The notes: generated by a model not told the origin, from the sequence alone. Positions 34,598-43,835 are shown, numbered from the stretch's first letter. The stretch is DNA of 64,000 bases from an uncultured Chloroflexia bacterium (GCA_963805305.1 CAWDTM010000008.1:50679-114678); one strand, 5' to 3'. Made by a program: numbers and translations.

Positions 34598-37500
34598 ATG
34601 GCTGTTCGGGGCACGAGCGCAACGTTCATCGGCCGCACCGATGAGCTGGCAACGCTCGATCAGCTGCTCGGAACCGGCGGCGATCGGCTCAGGCTGGTCC
34701 TCATTGGCGGGGAGGCGGGGATCGGGAAGAGCCGGCTCATCGCCGAGTGGGCCGGTCGTGCCCGCGATCGGGGGGCGCTCGTGCTCACCGGCGGCGCCGT
34801 CGACGTGGGGGAGACCGGCGCCCTGCCCTACGTCGCGATCGTGGAGGCCCTCCGGCCACTGACCGTTGATCCGGGCCGGTCTCGCCTCGCGCGGGCGGGC
34901 CCCATCGGCGCCGACCTCACCCGACTGCTGCCTCGTCTGGGCCCATCGCCCACGAGCCGCGCTCCGGTGAGCGGCCTGCCCGAGGAATTCGCGCAGGTCC
35001 GTCTCTTCGAGCAGCTCCTCGCGCTGCTGACCCGGCTGGCGGTGCACACGCCAACAGTCCTGGCCCTCGAGGACCTGCAGTGGGCAGACCAATCCACCCG
35101 CGACCTCCTCGCCTACCTCGCGCACAACGTGGGCGACGCGCCCATCGGCCTGATCGGCAGCTTCCGGACCGATGAGCTCCCGCCCCTCCACCCCATGCGC
35201 GCGGTCCTGGCCCAGCTGATCCGCGGCCGCGGGACGGCACGCATGGACCTGGCACCCTTCGGGCCTGAGGAGCATGCCGCCCATGTCGCGCAGCTGCTCG
35301 GCTCCAGGCCGCCGCCGGCACTGCTGCGCGCCACGTACGCGCGGAGCGAGGGCAACCCCTTCTACACCGAGGAGCTCCTCGCGACCGAGGATCCCGACGC
35401 CGCGCGGCTCCCGGAGTCGCTGCGTGACGCTCTCCTGGTCCGGCTCCGCGAGCTCTCGCCCGCTGCCCGCGAAGTGGTTCGCGTCATTGGTGTGGGCTGG
35501 TCCGTCTCGCATCCGCTCCTGTCGCAGGTCACGACGCTCGACGAGTCGGCTCTCCTCGCGGCCCTGCGCGAGACGGTCGACCGCGCCGTGGTGGTGCCCG
35601 ACCCGCAGACCGGCCGCTACGGCTTCCGTCACGCCCTCATCGCGGAGGCCGTGTATGCGGACCTGCTGCCTGCAGAGCGGAGCCGCCTCCATCGCGCCTT
35701 TGCGGAGGCGCTCGCGGCCGACGCGAACCTGGGCGACGCTTCGCCGGCCCGCGCTGCAGCCGAGCTCGCGAACCACTGGTACGCGGCCGGCGCGATGCGG
35801 CAGGCCCTCCCGGCCCTCGTGGTCGCGGCCGACGAGGCGCGCGGCGTTCACGCCCAGGGCGAGACGCTGGCGCACCTCGTGCGCGCCACGGAGCTCGCGG
35901 ACCGGATCCACGATGCGGGTTCCCTCATACCCCTCCAGCGCTGGGAGCTCGACGCGCGGACGGCGCTCGCCGCCGAGGCGGTGGGCGACTTCGAGCGCGC
36001 CCTCGACAGCTGGCACCAGGCACTCGAGCACGCCGTGGACGCCGGTCACGCGGTGCGCGCCGACCTGCTGGTGCGATTGGGCGAGACGGAGTTCCTGGCC
36101 GGTCGACTCGACGGCCTCGTCGCGGCCCGCCGCGCCGCGGTCGAGCTCGTTCCGGCGGAACCGCCGACCGCGCTGCGGGCGTTCGTCCTGGCCAAGCTCG
36201 CGATTGCCCTGAGCCTTGCCGCCCAGCTGGAGGACGCGCGACCCATGGCGGAAGAGGCGCTCGCCGTGGCGCGTCGGGTCGATGCGCGGCCGGAGGAGGG
36301 CAAGGCGCTGAGCACCCTGGGCACCGTCCTCTACCTCTCGGGTGCATCCGAGATTGCCGTTCGACACCTCGGCGAGGGGCTCGTCATCAGCGAGGAGCTG
36401 GGAAGGTTCGGGGACGAGGCAATCGACCGCTCGAACCTGTCCGAGGCCCTGCACCAGGCGGGCCGGCTGAAGGAGGCGGCGGCCGTGGTCCTCGAGGGGC
36501 TCGAGCGCGCGCGGACAAACGGCCTGGAGCGCACCTACGGGGAGACGATGGGCGCGATCGCGGTGAACTGGCTCTTCCTGCTGGGACGCTGGGACGAAGC
36601 CGAGCGCATGGCCCAGGAGGTCCTCGACCATGCCCCGCGAGGTCTTTCGGCGGACTGGACCGCGATGGCGCTCGCCGAGCTCGAGATCGTCCAGGGCCGC
36701 TTCGACGAGGCAAGCGCCCATCTCGACCGCGTGCTCGACGGCGACCGAAGCGCTCGGACACCGGGCTGGTACGGGCCGCACGAGCAGCGCGCACACCTCC
36801 TGGTGGAGCTGGGCCGGCCCGCGGAGGCGGTCCAGGAGATCCGTGACGCGCTCGACGCGCTGGATCGCATCGGCATCGCCCCCGAGGCCGGCGAGATCCG
36901 TTGGCTCGCCATTCGGGGCATCCAGGCGGTGACCGACCTTGCCGGGTCGCCACGGGCCCGTGCGGACCAAGCACTGCCAGCCGGCGCCGCTTCGCTCGTC
37001 GACGATCTGCTGGCCCGGGTCGACGCCCACCTCGCCGCGGTCCGGAACCTCGCGGGCCACCTGGATCCGCACACCGCCTGTGACGCGCTCCTGATCCAGG
37101 CGGAGCTCACCCGGCTGCGCTGTGAGCCGGACCCCCGTCTCTGGCGCCGGGTCGCCGACCAGTTTGCGGCCATGGACCACGCGTGGGACGAGGTCGACGC
37201 CCGCTGGCGCCAGGCGGAGGCGCTTCTCCTCGCCGGTCGCCCGCGCTCCGCGGCCGCCGGCCCCCTGCGGGCCGCGCACCGAGCCGCCAAGACCCTGGGT
37301 GCCCCGCCCACGCTGGCGAGGATCGAAGCCCTCGCGAAACGGGCCAGGATCCGCCTGGAACCGGCTCCGGGACCTGCGGCCGACGGAGCGCTGCCGGGCG
37401 GTGGGGTCGTGGGTGACGACGGCATTGCCGATCGGGTCCGCCGGCTCACGCCGCGCGAACGGGAGGTCCTCGCGCTGCTCGCCGGCGGGCGGGCGAACCG

Positions 37501-37660
37501 CGAGATCGCGGCAACCCTGTTCATCAGCGACAAGACGGCCAGCGTCCACGTGACCAACATCAAGGAGAAGCTCGGGGTGCGGACCCGGGTGGAGGCGGCG
37601 GCGCTCGGCATTCGACTCGGGATCGGGGAGGCGACGGCGGGATCCGACGGGTCGACCTAA
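34598..37660 (+). CDS. Large ATP-binding LuxR-family (LAL/MalT-like) transcriptional regulator
   Basis: GEAGIGKS Walker A, LEDLQWAD, EGNPF, TPR region, C-terminal LTPREREVL..NREIA..LFIS.KT..VHV..KLG. Confidence 0.95.
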   Translation: MAVRGTSATFIGRTDELATLDQLLGTGGDRLRLVLIGGEAGIGKSRLIAEWAGRARDRGALVLTGGAVDVGETGALPYVAIVEALRPLTVDPGRSRLARAGPIGADLTRLLPRLGPSPTSRAPVSGLPEEFAQVRLFEQLLALLTRLAVHTPTVLALEDLQWADQSTRDLLAYLAHNVGDAPIGLIGSFRTDELPPLHPMRAVLAQLIRGRGTARMDLAPFGPEEHAAHVAQLLGSRPPPALLRATYARSEGNPFYTEELLATEDPDAARLPESLRDALLVRLRELSPAAREVVRVIGVGWSVSHPLLSQVTTLDESALLAALRETVDRAVVVPDPQTGRYGFRHALIAEAVYADLLPAERSRLHRAFAEALAADANLGDASPARAAAELANHWYAAGAMRQALPALVVAADEARGVHAQGETLAHLVRATELADRIHDAGSLIPLQRWELDARTALAAEAVGDFERALDSWHQALEHAVDAGHAVRADLLVRLGETEFLAGRLDGLVAARRAAVELVPAEPPTALRAFVLAKLAIALSLAAQLEDARPMAEEALAVARRVDARPEEGKALSTLGTVLYLSGASEIAVRHLGEGLVISEELGRFGDEAIDRSNLSEALHQAGRLKEAAAVVLEGLERARTNGLERTYGETMGAIAVNWLFLLGRWDEAERMAQEVLDHAPRGLSADWTAMALAELEIVQGRFDEASAHLDRVLDGDRSARTPGWYGPHEQRAHLLVELGRPAEAVQEIRDALDALDRIGIAPEAGEIRWLAIRGIQAVTDLAGSPRARADQALPAGAASLVDDLLARVDAHLAAVRNLAGHLDPHTACDALLIQAELTRLRCEPDPRLWRRVADQFAAMDHAWDEVDARWRQAEALLLAGRPRSAAAGPLRAAHRAAKTLGAPPTLARIEALAKRARIRLEPAPGPAADGALPGGGVVGDDGIADRVRRLTPREREVLALLAGGRANREIAATLFISDKTASVHVTNIKEKLGVRTRVEAAALGIRLGIGEATAGSDGST

Positions 37661-37684
37661 GGCCCGGCGGCGGCAGAAATAAGG
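37657..37684 (+). promoter_or_regulatory. TAAGG pair 22 bp apart upstream of the small downstream gene (candidate LuxR/LAL site)
   Basis: CTAAGG at 37657 and ATAAGG at 37679 in an otherwise GC-rich spacer. Confidence 0.35.
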
Positions 37685-37730
37685 CGTAGCCCAATGCGCT
37701 TCTCGCGCGCGAGCGCGAGACTGGGGTCCG

Positions 37731-38117
37731 ATGGAGCAGACCTGTCTCGTGATCCCGCTGCGTCCGGGGAGCCGGGAGATGGCACGCGTCTTCCTTCGCG
37801 CACTGCTGGGGTCGCGAGCCGATGAGCTGGCGCGGAGCGAGCACCGGCTCGGCATCGAGCGCCAGGCCTGGTTCACCGCAGGCGAGGGGACCGATCTTCT
37901 GATCGGCATGATCGAGGCGAGCGACTTTGCTCGCGCCCTGAGCCTGCTCGCCATCTCCATGGACCCGTTTGACCTGTGGTTCAAGCGATCCATCGAGGCG
38001 GTCACCGGGCTGGATCTGAACGATCCGCCAGCGAGGGATCCTGCCGCTCTCCTGTCGACGTACGTCGCGGAATCGGCATGGGTACCGGTGATGGCTCATC
38101 CGAGCCCGGTGGCCTGA
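37731..38117 (+). CDS. Hypothetical protein (DUF6176-like dimeric alpha/beta barrel)
   Basis: 128 aa with IPLRPG, GIERQAWF and DPFDLWFK..I..VTGLDL patterns. Confidence 0.6.
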   Translation: MEQTCLVIPLRPGSREMARVFLRALLGSRADELARSEHRLGIERQAWFTAGEGTDLLIGMIEASDFARALSLLAISMDPFDLWFKRSIEAVTGLDLNDPPARDPAALLSTYVAESAWVPVMAHPSPVA

Positions 38118-38122
38118 CACAC

Positions 38123-38195
38123 GGGGGGAGCCGAATCTCGATCAGGGCGGGATCGCGCGGACAGTAAGGGGGGAAGTCCGTGGATCCCGCCCTGA
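38123..38195 (-). ncRNA. Candidate structured RNA with two C6 runs (6C-like) or a bidirectional terminator
   Basis: 13-bp stem TCAGGGCGGGATC/GATCCCGCCCTGA plus an inner stem. G6 runs at 38123-38128 and 38168-38173 read C6 on the minus strand. Confidence 0.35.
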
Positions 38196-38233
38196 CCCCG
38201 GTTCCTTGGCGCTGATCGGGACGGACCTACAGG

Positions 38234-39496
38234 CTACGGGTAGAGGCCGCGCAGCGTCGTCGCGTCGGCGACGCGTTTGACCGCGAGCATCGTTGCGGCG
38301 CTTCGCAGGTCGACCCGCTGCCGGTCCGCAAGGGCCACCGCCGCTGCGGTGGCGCCGTCCATGATCCGGTCGAGGTTGGCAGCGATCTCCTCCTCGCTCC
38401 AGAAGAACGACTGCATGTCCTGGACCCATTCGAAGTAGCCCAGGACCATCCCGCCGGCGGTGCACAGAATGTCCGGCAGCACGGCGATCCCGCGGTCACG
38501 GAGGATCGCATCGGCCTCGGGGGTGGTCGGCCCATTCGCCGCCTCGACGACGATTGGAGCACGGATCTTGGGGGCCACCGCTGCGGTGATCTGGTTCTGT
38601 ACGCCCGCCGAGACGAGGATGCTGCAGTCGGACTCGAAGATGGCCTGGCGAGGCATCTGCTCGGTATCGGGAAGGTCCGTGATCGAGTCGTGGCCGTGAA
38701 CCCAGGAAATCGCCGCGGCCACGTCGATACCGCTCGCGCTGCCCACCGCGTCGCGATCGTCCGCGATGGCGACCACCTGGGCGCCGGCGGCCACCAGCAT
38801 CTGGGCCAGCGAGCTGCCGACGCGGCCGAAGCCCTGGATGGCGACCCGGGCCCCGTCGAGACCGATGCGCTTTGCCCGCGCGGCGGCCAGCGCAGCGCGG
38901 AAGGCACCGCGGCTCGTGGCCTCCCGCCGCCCCGCCGTACCGCCGACAGCCATGGGCTTGCCTGCCACCGAGCCGGCCACGGTGTACCCCAGGTGCATGC
39001 TGAAGGTGTCCATCATCCAGGCCATGGTCTGCGATCCGGTGTTGACGTCGGGGCTGGGAATGTCCTTCTCGGGTCCGACCAGCAGGCTGATCTCGGTGGC
39101 GTAGCGGCGGGTGAGGCCCTCGCGCTCATGCGCGGAGAGCCGGCGCGGGTTGACGACCACGCCGCCAAAGGCGCCGCCATACGGGATCTCGACCAGCGCG
39201 GCCTTCCACGTGTTCCACATCGCGTTGGCCCGCACGAGGTTCAGGGTCAGGTCCCGCGTGAACCGCACGCCGCCGGTGGCCGGGCCACGGTTCACGTTGT
39301 GGTGCACGCGGAAGCCGGCGAACGCCTCGACATGCCCGTCGTCGAAGCGGACCGGGAAGTGCACCTCGAGCTCGCGCTTCGGCACGCGCAGGACGCGGTG
39401 CATCGCATCGTCGAGCCCGAGCCGCTCGGCCGCGGCGTCGAGCTTGTGCTGCGCCTCCGACCAGACGTCGAGATCGACCGCCTTCGGCGGGACCAT
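38234..39496 (-). CDS. Glu/Leu/Phe/Val dehydrogenase family protein, predicted catalytically inactive GDH paralog
   Basis: Intact 420-aa ORF with strong GAGGAGGT SD. GPATGG and GGAFGG replace GPAKGG and GGGKGG. Confidence 0.88.
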   Translation of the reverse strand: MVPPKAVDLDVWSEAQHKLDAAAERLGLDDAMHRVLRVPKRELEVHFPVRFDDGHVEAFAGFRVHHNVNRGPATGGVRFTRDLTLNLVRANAMWNTWKAALVEIPYGGAFGGVVVNPRRLSAHEREGLTRRYATEISLLVGPEKDIPSPDVNTGSQTMAWMMDTFSMHLGYTVAGSVAGKPMAVGGTAGRREATSRGAFRAALAAARAKRIGLDGARVAIQGFGRVGSSLAQMLVAAGAQVVAIADDRDAVGSASGIDVAAAISWVHGHDSITDLPDTEQMPRQAIFESDCSILVSAGVQNQITAAVAPKIRAPIVVEAANGPTTPEADAILRDRGIAVLPDILCTAGGMVLGYFEWVQDMQSFFWSEEEIAANLDRIMDGATAAAVALADRQRVDLRSAATMLAVKRVADATTLRGLYP

Positions 39497-39698
39497 GAAA
39501 CCTCCTCGTCGTGGACAACCGGCCCCCGGACCTCGAGGGACGCAGCAAGGCTAGCGTCTGCGCAACGGCGGGACCAGCCCGTGGCGCTGGATCGGCTGAA
39601 CGTCGAGCGGGCGTGGCAAGATGAGGGTTGGCACGAATATCGCGGCGCCGGCGACCAGCAATGTCGACCGGCACCCCAGCGCATCGAGGTGCATACCG

Positions 39699-40637
39699 AT
39701 GGCCCCGCGCGTTCTCACCGTGAGCGGCCCGATCCCCCCGGAGCGGATCGGCTTCACCCTTCCCCACGAGCACACGTCCTGCCGGCTCGACCAGGTCGTC
39801 GCACGCGAGCAGCTCGTCGAGTTCACCTCCGATGCCGAGGTGATGGCCGATGAGCTCCGCGACTTCCGTCGCCGGGGCGGCAGCTGCGTCGTGGACCTGA
39901 CGCCGAGCGGCCTGGGGCGAGATCCGACATGGCTCCGCAACCTGGCGACCCGGACGGGTCTCTCGATCGTGATGGGGGCCGGCTGGTACCGCGAGAGCTT
40001 CTACCCGCCCCGGGCGGACATCGATCGGCGCAGCGCCGACGATCTCGCGGACGAGATCGTCGCAGAGGTGGAGCACGGCGTCGGGGAGACCGGCGTCCAC
40101 CCCGGGATCATCGGCGAGATCGGCACCGATGCAGGATGGATCAGCCCCCGGGAGGAGCGGGTGCACCGGGCGGCGGCGCGCGCGGCCAGGCGCACCGGGC
40201 TGGCCGTGGTGACCCATTCGCTGTGGAGCCCGGTGGCCCTGGACCAGCTGCGGATCCTCGAGGAGGAAGGGCTGGACCCGTCGCGCGTGCTCATCGGCCA
40301 CGCCGACACGGTTCCCGACCTGGACCACCAGCTCGCCATCCTCGAGCGCGGGGCGAATCTGTGCTTCGATCAGCTGGGCCGCCCGGGCGACGGCGCCGCC
40401 GCGCGGGAGGCCCGCCTCGTCGAGCTCATCGTCGAGCTCCTCGAGCGGGGCTTCACGGATCGGCTCTTCCTCAGCCAGGACATCTGCACCGACGACCAGC
40501 TCAAGGTGTACGGCGGAACCGGGTACGGCTACCTGGCCCAGCACTTCCTGCCGCACCTGCGGACCGCGGCCGTCGGGGAGGGAGAGATCGCGGCGATGAC
40601 CATCGACAATCCGCGTCGGATCCTGACGGTCGCCTGA
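39699..40637 (+). CDS. Phosphotriesterase-related (PHP-type) amidohydrolase
   Basis: ATG 39699 after GAGGT. TLPHEH, VDLTP.GLGRD, IGEIG, THS, GHAD, LSQD, NPRRIL. Confidence 0.9.
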   Translation: MAPRVLTVSGPIPPERIGFTLPHEHTSCRLDQVVAREQLVEFTSDAEVMADELRDFRRRGGSCVVDLTPSGLGRDPTWLRNLATRTGLSIVMGAGWYRESFYPPRADIDRRSADDLADEIVAEVEHGVGETGVHPGIIGEIGTDAGWISPREERVHRAAARAARRTGLAVVTHSLWSPVALDQLRILEEEGLDPSRVLIGHADTVPDLDHQLAILERGANLCFDQLGRPGDGAAAREARLVELIVELLERGFTDRLFLSQDICTDDQLKVYGGTGYGYLAQHFLPHLRTAAVGEGEIAAMTIDNPRRILTVA

Positions 40638-40658
40638 CCGGGGAGCGGCGACGGAACC

Positions 40659-41711
40659 GTGCCTGATCCCGCTCCGGCCCCCCGCGATCCACGCGCCGAC
40701 CTTCGCCGCATCGCGTTCCTGCTCGAGGCGGCGAGCGAGCCCGCGTACCGCGTGCGCGCCTTCCGCAACGCCGACGCGCTCCTGGCCCGGCTGCCGCCGG
40801 ACCAGCTGGCGGCGAGGATCCGCGCGGGGACCCTGCATGAGCTGCCGGGCATTGGCGAGGTCCTCGAGCGGACGATCAGCGAGTCGGCGCGCGGCGAGGA
40901 GCCGGTCTATCTCCGCAGGCTCGAGGCCACCGGCGGGCGGCCGGTGGCAGAGGGTGCTGCCGCCATCCTGGCCGCCCTGCGGGGGGACTGCCACGTGCAC
41001 TCCGACTGGTCCGATGGCGGCTCGTCGATCAGGGAGATGGCCGAGGCGGCCCGCGGCATCGGCCACGCCTGGATGGTCCTGACCGACCATTCGCCACGCC
41101 TCACCGTCGCGAACGGGCTGTCGGCCGATCGGCTCCGTGAGGAGCTGCTGCAGGTGGCGCAGCTGAACGACGAGCTCGCCCCCTTCCGGATCCTGACGGG
41201 GATCGAGGTCGACATCCTGCCGGACGGCTCCCTCGACCAGGAGCGCGACCTGCTGGCGCAGCTGGACCTCGTGGTCGGCAGTGTCCACTCTGAGCTGCGC
41301 ATGGACGGCCGGCTCATGACGCGCCGGCTGGTCACCGCCCTGGCGGACCCGCACCTCGACATCCTGGGGCACGTGACCGGGCGCATGGTCACCGGCAGGC
41401 GGCACCGACCGCCGTCGGACTTCGATCCCGAGATCGTGTTCGCGGCCGCCGCCCGGTTTGACAAGGCGGTGGAGATCAACAGCCGCCCGGAGCGTCTCGA
41501 CCCACCGAAGCGGCTCCTGCGCCTTGCCGTGGAGGCCGGCTGCCGCTTCACCATCGACTCCGATGCGCACGCGCCCGGGCAGCTGGCCTGGCTGCCGAAC
41601 GGCGCCGAGCGGGCGTTCCTGTCCGGCGTCCCCATCGATCGGATCGTGAACACCGGGGCCGTCGAGACGGTCCTGGCCTGGACCGCGACGCACGGGGACG
41701 GGGGAGGCTGA
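40659..41711 (+). CDS. PHP domain protein with N-terminal PolX-like helix-hairpin-helix domain
   Basis: YRVRAF, LPGIG, then DCHVHSDWSDG, TDHS, GIEVDI, GSVH, GHVTGR, DSDAH. No polymerase palm. Confidence 0.88.
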   Translation: MPDPAPAPRDPRADLRRIAFLLEAASEPAYRVRAFRNADALLARLPPDQLAARIRAGTLHELPGIGEVLERTISESARGEEPVYLRRLEATGGRPVAEGAAAILAALRGDCHVHSDWSDGGSSIREMAEAARGIGHAWMVLTDHSPRLTVANGLSADRLREELLQVAQLNDELAPFRILTGIEVDILPDGSLDQERDLLAQLDLVVGSVHSELRMDGRLMTRRLVTALADPHLDILGHVTGRMVTGRRHRPPSDFDPEIVFAAAARFDKAVEINSRPERLDPPKRLLRLAVEAGCRFTIDSDAHAPGQLAWLPNGAERAFLSGVPIDRIVNTGAVETVLAWTATHGDGGG

Positions 41712-41795
41712 GCCGCGGCCACCGCTGGCCGCGGCAGCGCCATCGGGCCATACTGGCCGCACGTAGCCACGCACCTGAATCGCACGGAGGTTTCC

Positions 41796-41999
41796 ATGTC
41801 CGTTGCCCGCGTCACCGAGCTCTCCTGCACATCCAACCAGTCCTTCGAGGATGCCATTCGCCAGGGTCTCGAGCGTGCGATGAAGACGCTCCGCGGGGTC
41901 CGCGGTGCCTGGATCAAGGAGCAGCGCGTCAACGTCGGCCGGGACGGCAGCCTGGAGTACCAGGCCAACATCCTGGTCACGTTCATCCTCGAGGACTGA
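41796..41999 (+). CDS. Dodecin family protein
   Basis: 67 aa. SFEDAIRQGLERAMKTLRGV.GAWIKEQ...VTF.LE. GGAGGT SD. Confidence 0.9.
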   Translation: MSVARVTELSCTSNQSFEDAIRQGLERAMKTLRGVRGAWIKEQRVNVGRDGSLEYQANILVTFILED

Positions 42000-42032
42000 G
42001 CCGGCCATCGGGCCGGGGCGCGAGACGGAGGC

Positions 42033-42929
42033 CTACCAGGGCGGCGCGAGGCGTTCCACGGTCAGGCGATCCGCGTGGAGGCCCGCCGCGTTGAGGGGGA
42101 TCATGGCCACGTGGTCGGCGCCGGCGTCGCGCAGTGCCGCCAGGCGCCGGCGGAGCGTGGGCTCGTCGCCCCACGCGACCAGCGCGTCCACCAGCCGGTC
42201 GGTCCCCGGGAGCGCGAGCTCGTCATCGGTGAATCCCAGGCGGCGCAGGTTGGCGAGGTAGTTCGGAAGGGACAGGTAGCGGGCCAGGTAGCGGCGCGCG
42301 GTCTCGCGCGCCGCGGCGGCATCGGCCTCCAGGCGGACAGCCAGGCTGACGACCAGCAGCGGGCGCGGCCGTCCGGCACCGCGTGCGACCGCGTCCAGGT
42401 GCGCGCGCGCCTCCGAGACCGCCTCGACCGGCACGCAGTACAGGAATGCGCCATCCGTGCGCTCGGCCGCCAGGCGTTGCATGCGATGGCGCAGCGCCGC
42501 GATGACCAGGGGCGGCTCGCCGTGGGGAAGCGGCCCGCGATAGGGGGCGGCCCGGTACGCGTCGAGGTATGCCCCCATCGCCTCGATGGGCGGCAGCCAG
42601 CGATGACCGCGCACCTGCTCGATCTCCTGGTGGCCGACGCCGAGGCCCATCAGCATCCGGCCCCCGGAGAGCTCGTGCACCGTGGCCGCAGCGGCGTGCG
42701 CTGCGAGGGCGTCGCGGGCGGTCGTCTGGGCGATGCCGACCGCCAGGCCGACCCGACCCGTCCGGGCGGCCAGGTGTCCGAGGAGCGCAAACGGCTCGCG
42801 GCCGGTGCCCTCCTGCGTCCAGGCGACGTCGTATCCGAGCCGCTCCGCGGTGCGGACCAGGGCGACCACCTCGTCGACAGGCAGCCGATCGTACCCGGAC
42901 CACAGGCCGTGCGGGCCGATGCCCTCCAT
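42033..42929 (-). CDS. LLM class (probably F420-dependent) oxidoreductase
   Basis: GREPF, GRMLMGLGVGH, IAALR.RM.RLA, YLSLPNYLANLRRLGF, DAGADHVA (TIGR03620-like). Confidence 0.88.
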   Translation of the reverse strand: MEGIGPHGLWSGYDRLPVDEVVALVRTAERLGYDVAWTQEGTGREPFALLGHLAARTGRVGLAVGIAQTTARDALAAHAAAATVHELSGGRMLMGLGVGHQEIEQVRGHRWLPPIEAMGAYLDAYRAAPYRGPLPHGEPPLVIAALRHRMQRLAAERTDGAFLYCVPVEAVSEARAHLDAVARGAGRPRPLLVVSLAVRLEADAAAARETARRYLARYLSLPNYLANLRRLGFTDDELALPGTDRLVDALVAWGDEPTLRRRLAALRDAGADHVAMIPLNAAGLHADRLTVERLAPPW

Positions 42930-42941
42930 CGCCAGGGAGCC

Positions 42942-43835
42942 CTAGTCGGCGAGACCGATGCGGTGGCCCACGCGGACGAACCGAGCCCGGTAGACCGGAT
43001 TGGAGATCCGGCCGTTGACCATCGCGGCGTCCAGCGGCCGGTTGGAGCGCGGAGCGCGGTACCGACCGCGGTCCCGGATCGCGTCGGCGATCTCAGAGGC
43101 CGTCGCCGGTCCCTTCTCGCTGATGACGGCGATGATCTCGTCATGCAGCGCGACCCGGCCGCCCTTGACTGCCGGCGGCGCGATACCCGTCGACGTCGGG
43201 TCGGCCCCGGCAGGCGCGGTGTCGGCCTTGCGCGGCCTCCCCCGTCGTCGTTGGGTCGGCTGCTGTGCCGCGACCGCGGGGACCTCCGCGGCGACCGCCT
43301 CGGTGCCGGTTGCCTCCCCGGCGGTACGGGTGGGTGGCGCCATGCGGGTCGCGAGCTCTGCCACCTGCGCCGCAAGCGAGGCGACGCTCGCCTCGAGCTC
43401 GGCGAGGCGCGAGGCACCCTCCGGCTGCGCGAGCGCTTCTCCTGCCCGTTCGGCGTCGAGGCGTTCCTCGACCCAGCGCTGGACGAGCTGCCCGGGTCGC
43501 AGGTCCGCGGCGGCGGCCAGCTCCTTGAGGAGGCCGAGACGCCGGGGATCGACCCTGATGGCCATGCCGCCCTCGTCCTGGCTGCGGGGGACGTAGGGGG
43601 CTCGCGGCGGCCCTCCCGGGGCGAACGGGCGTGGCGCGCTGTCGCGCCGCACGAAGTCGCGCGGTGCGTTGTCGCGCTGATGGAAGTCACGCGGTGCGTT
43701 GTCGCGCGGTCCGCGGTCGGCGGGTGGTCCCGGGGAGCGCCCGCCGGGGCGGAACGGTCTGCGGTCCGCGTAGCCGCCCCCGCCCCCACCGGGTCGCGAT
43801 GGTTGGCGGCGGTCGCCGCGTCGATCATTGGCCAT
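42942..43835 (-). CDS. Hypothetical multidomain nucleic-acid-binding protein (RG-rich IDR, RHH-like, coiled coil, AT-hook, winged HTH)
   Basis: 297 aa; TAGAGT 6 nt before the ATG. RRRGRPRK AT-hook and C-terminal LHDEII.VI...TASEIADAI winged-helix-like segment. Confidence 0.75.
   Translation of the reverse strand: MANDRRGDRRQPSRPGGGGGGYADRRPFRPGGRSPGPPADRGPRDNAPRDFHQRDNAPRDFVRRDSAPRPFAPGGPPRAPYVPRSQDEGGMAIRVDPRRLGLLKELAAAADLRPGQLVQRWVEERLDAERAGEALAQPEGASRLAELEASVASLAAQVAELATRMAPPTRTAGEATGTEAVAAEVPAVAAQQPTQRRRGRPRKADTAPAGADPTSTGIAPPAVKGGRVALHDEIIAVISEKGPATASEIADAIRDRGRYRAPRSNRPLDAAMVNGRISNPVYRARFVRVGHRIGLAD
43623..43706 (-). repeat. 30-bp coding tandem repeat (about 3 copies; RD[NS]APR[DP]F-xx)
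   Basis: Units start at 43623, 43653 and 43683, encoding RDNAPRDFHQ-RDNAPRDFVR-RDSAPRPF. Confidence 0.8.

Noticed and set aside
38234-39496. Calling the second GDH a pseudogene
   Set aside because: The ORF is intact and full length with a strong SD and high conservation outside the active site; better treated as a pseudoenzyme.
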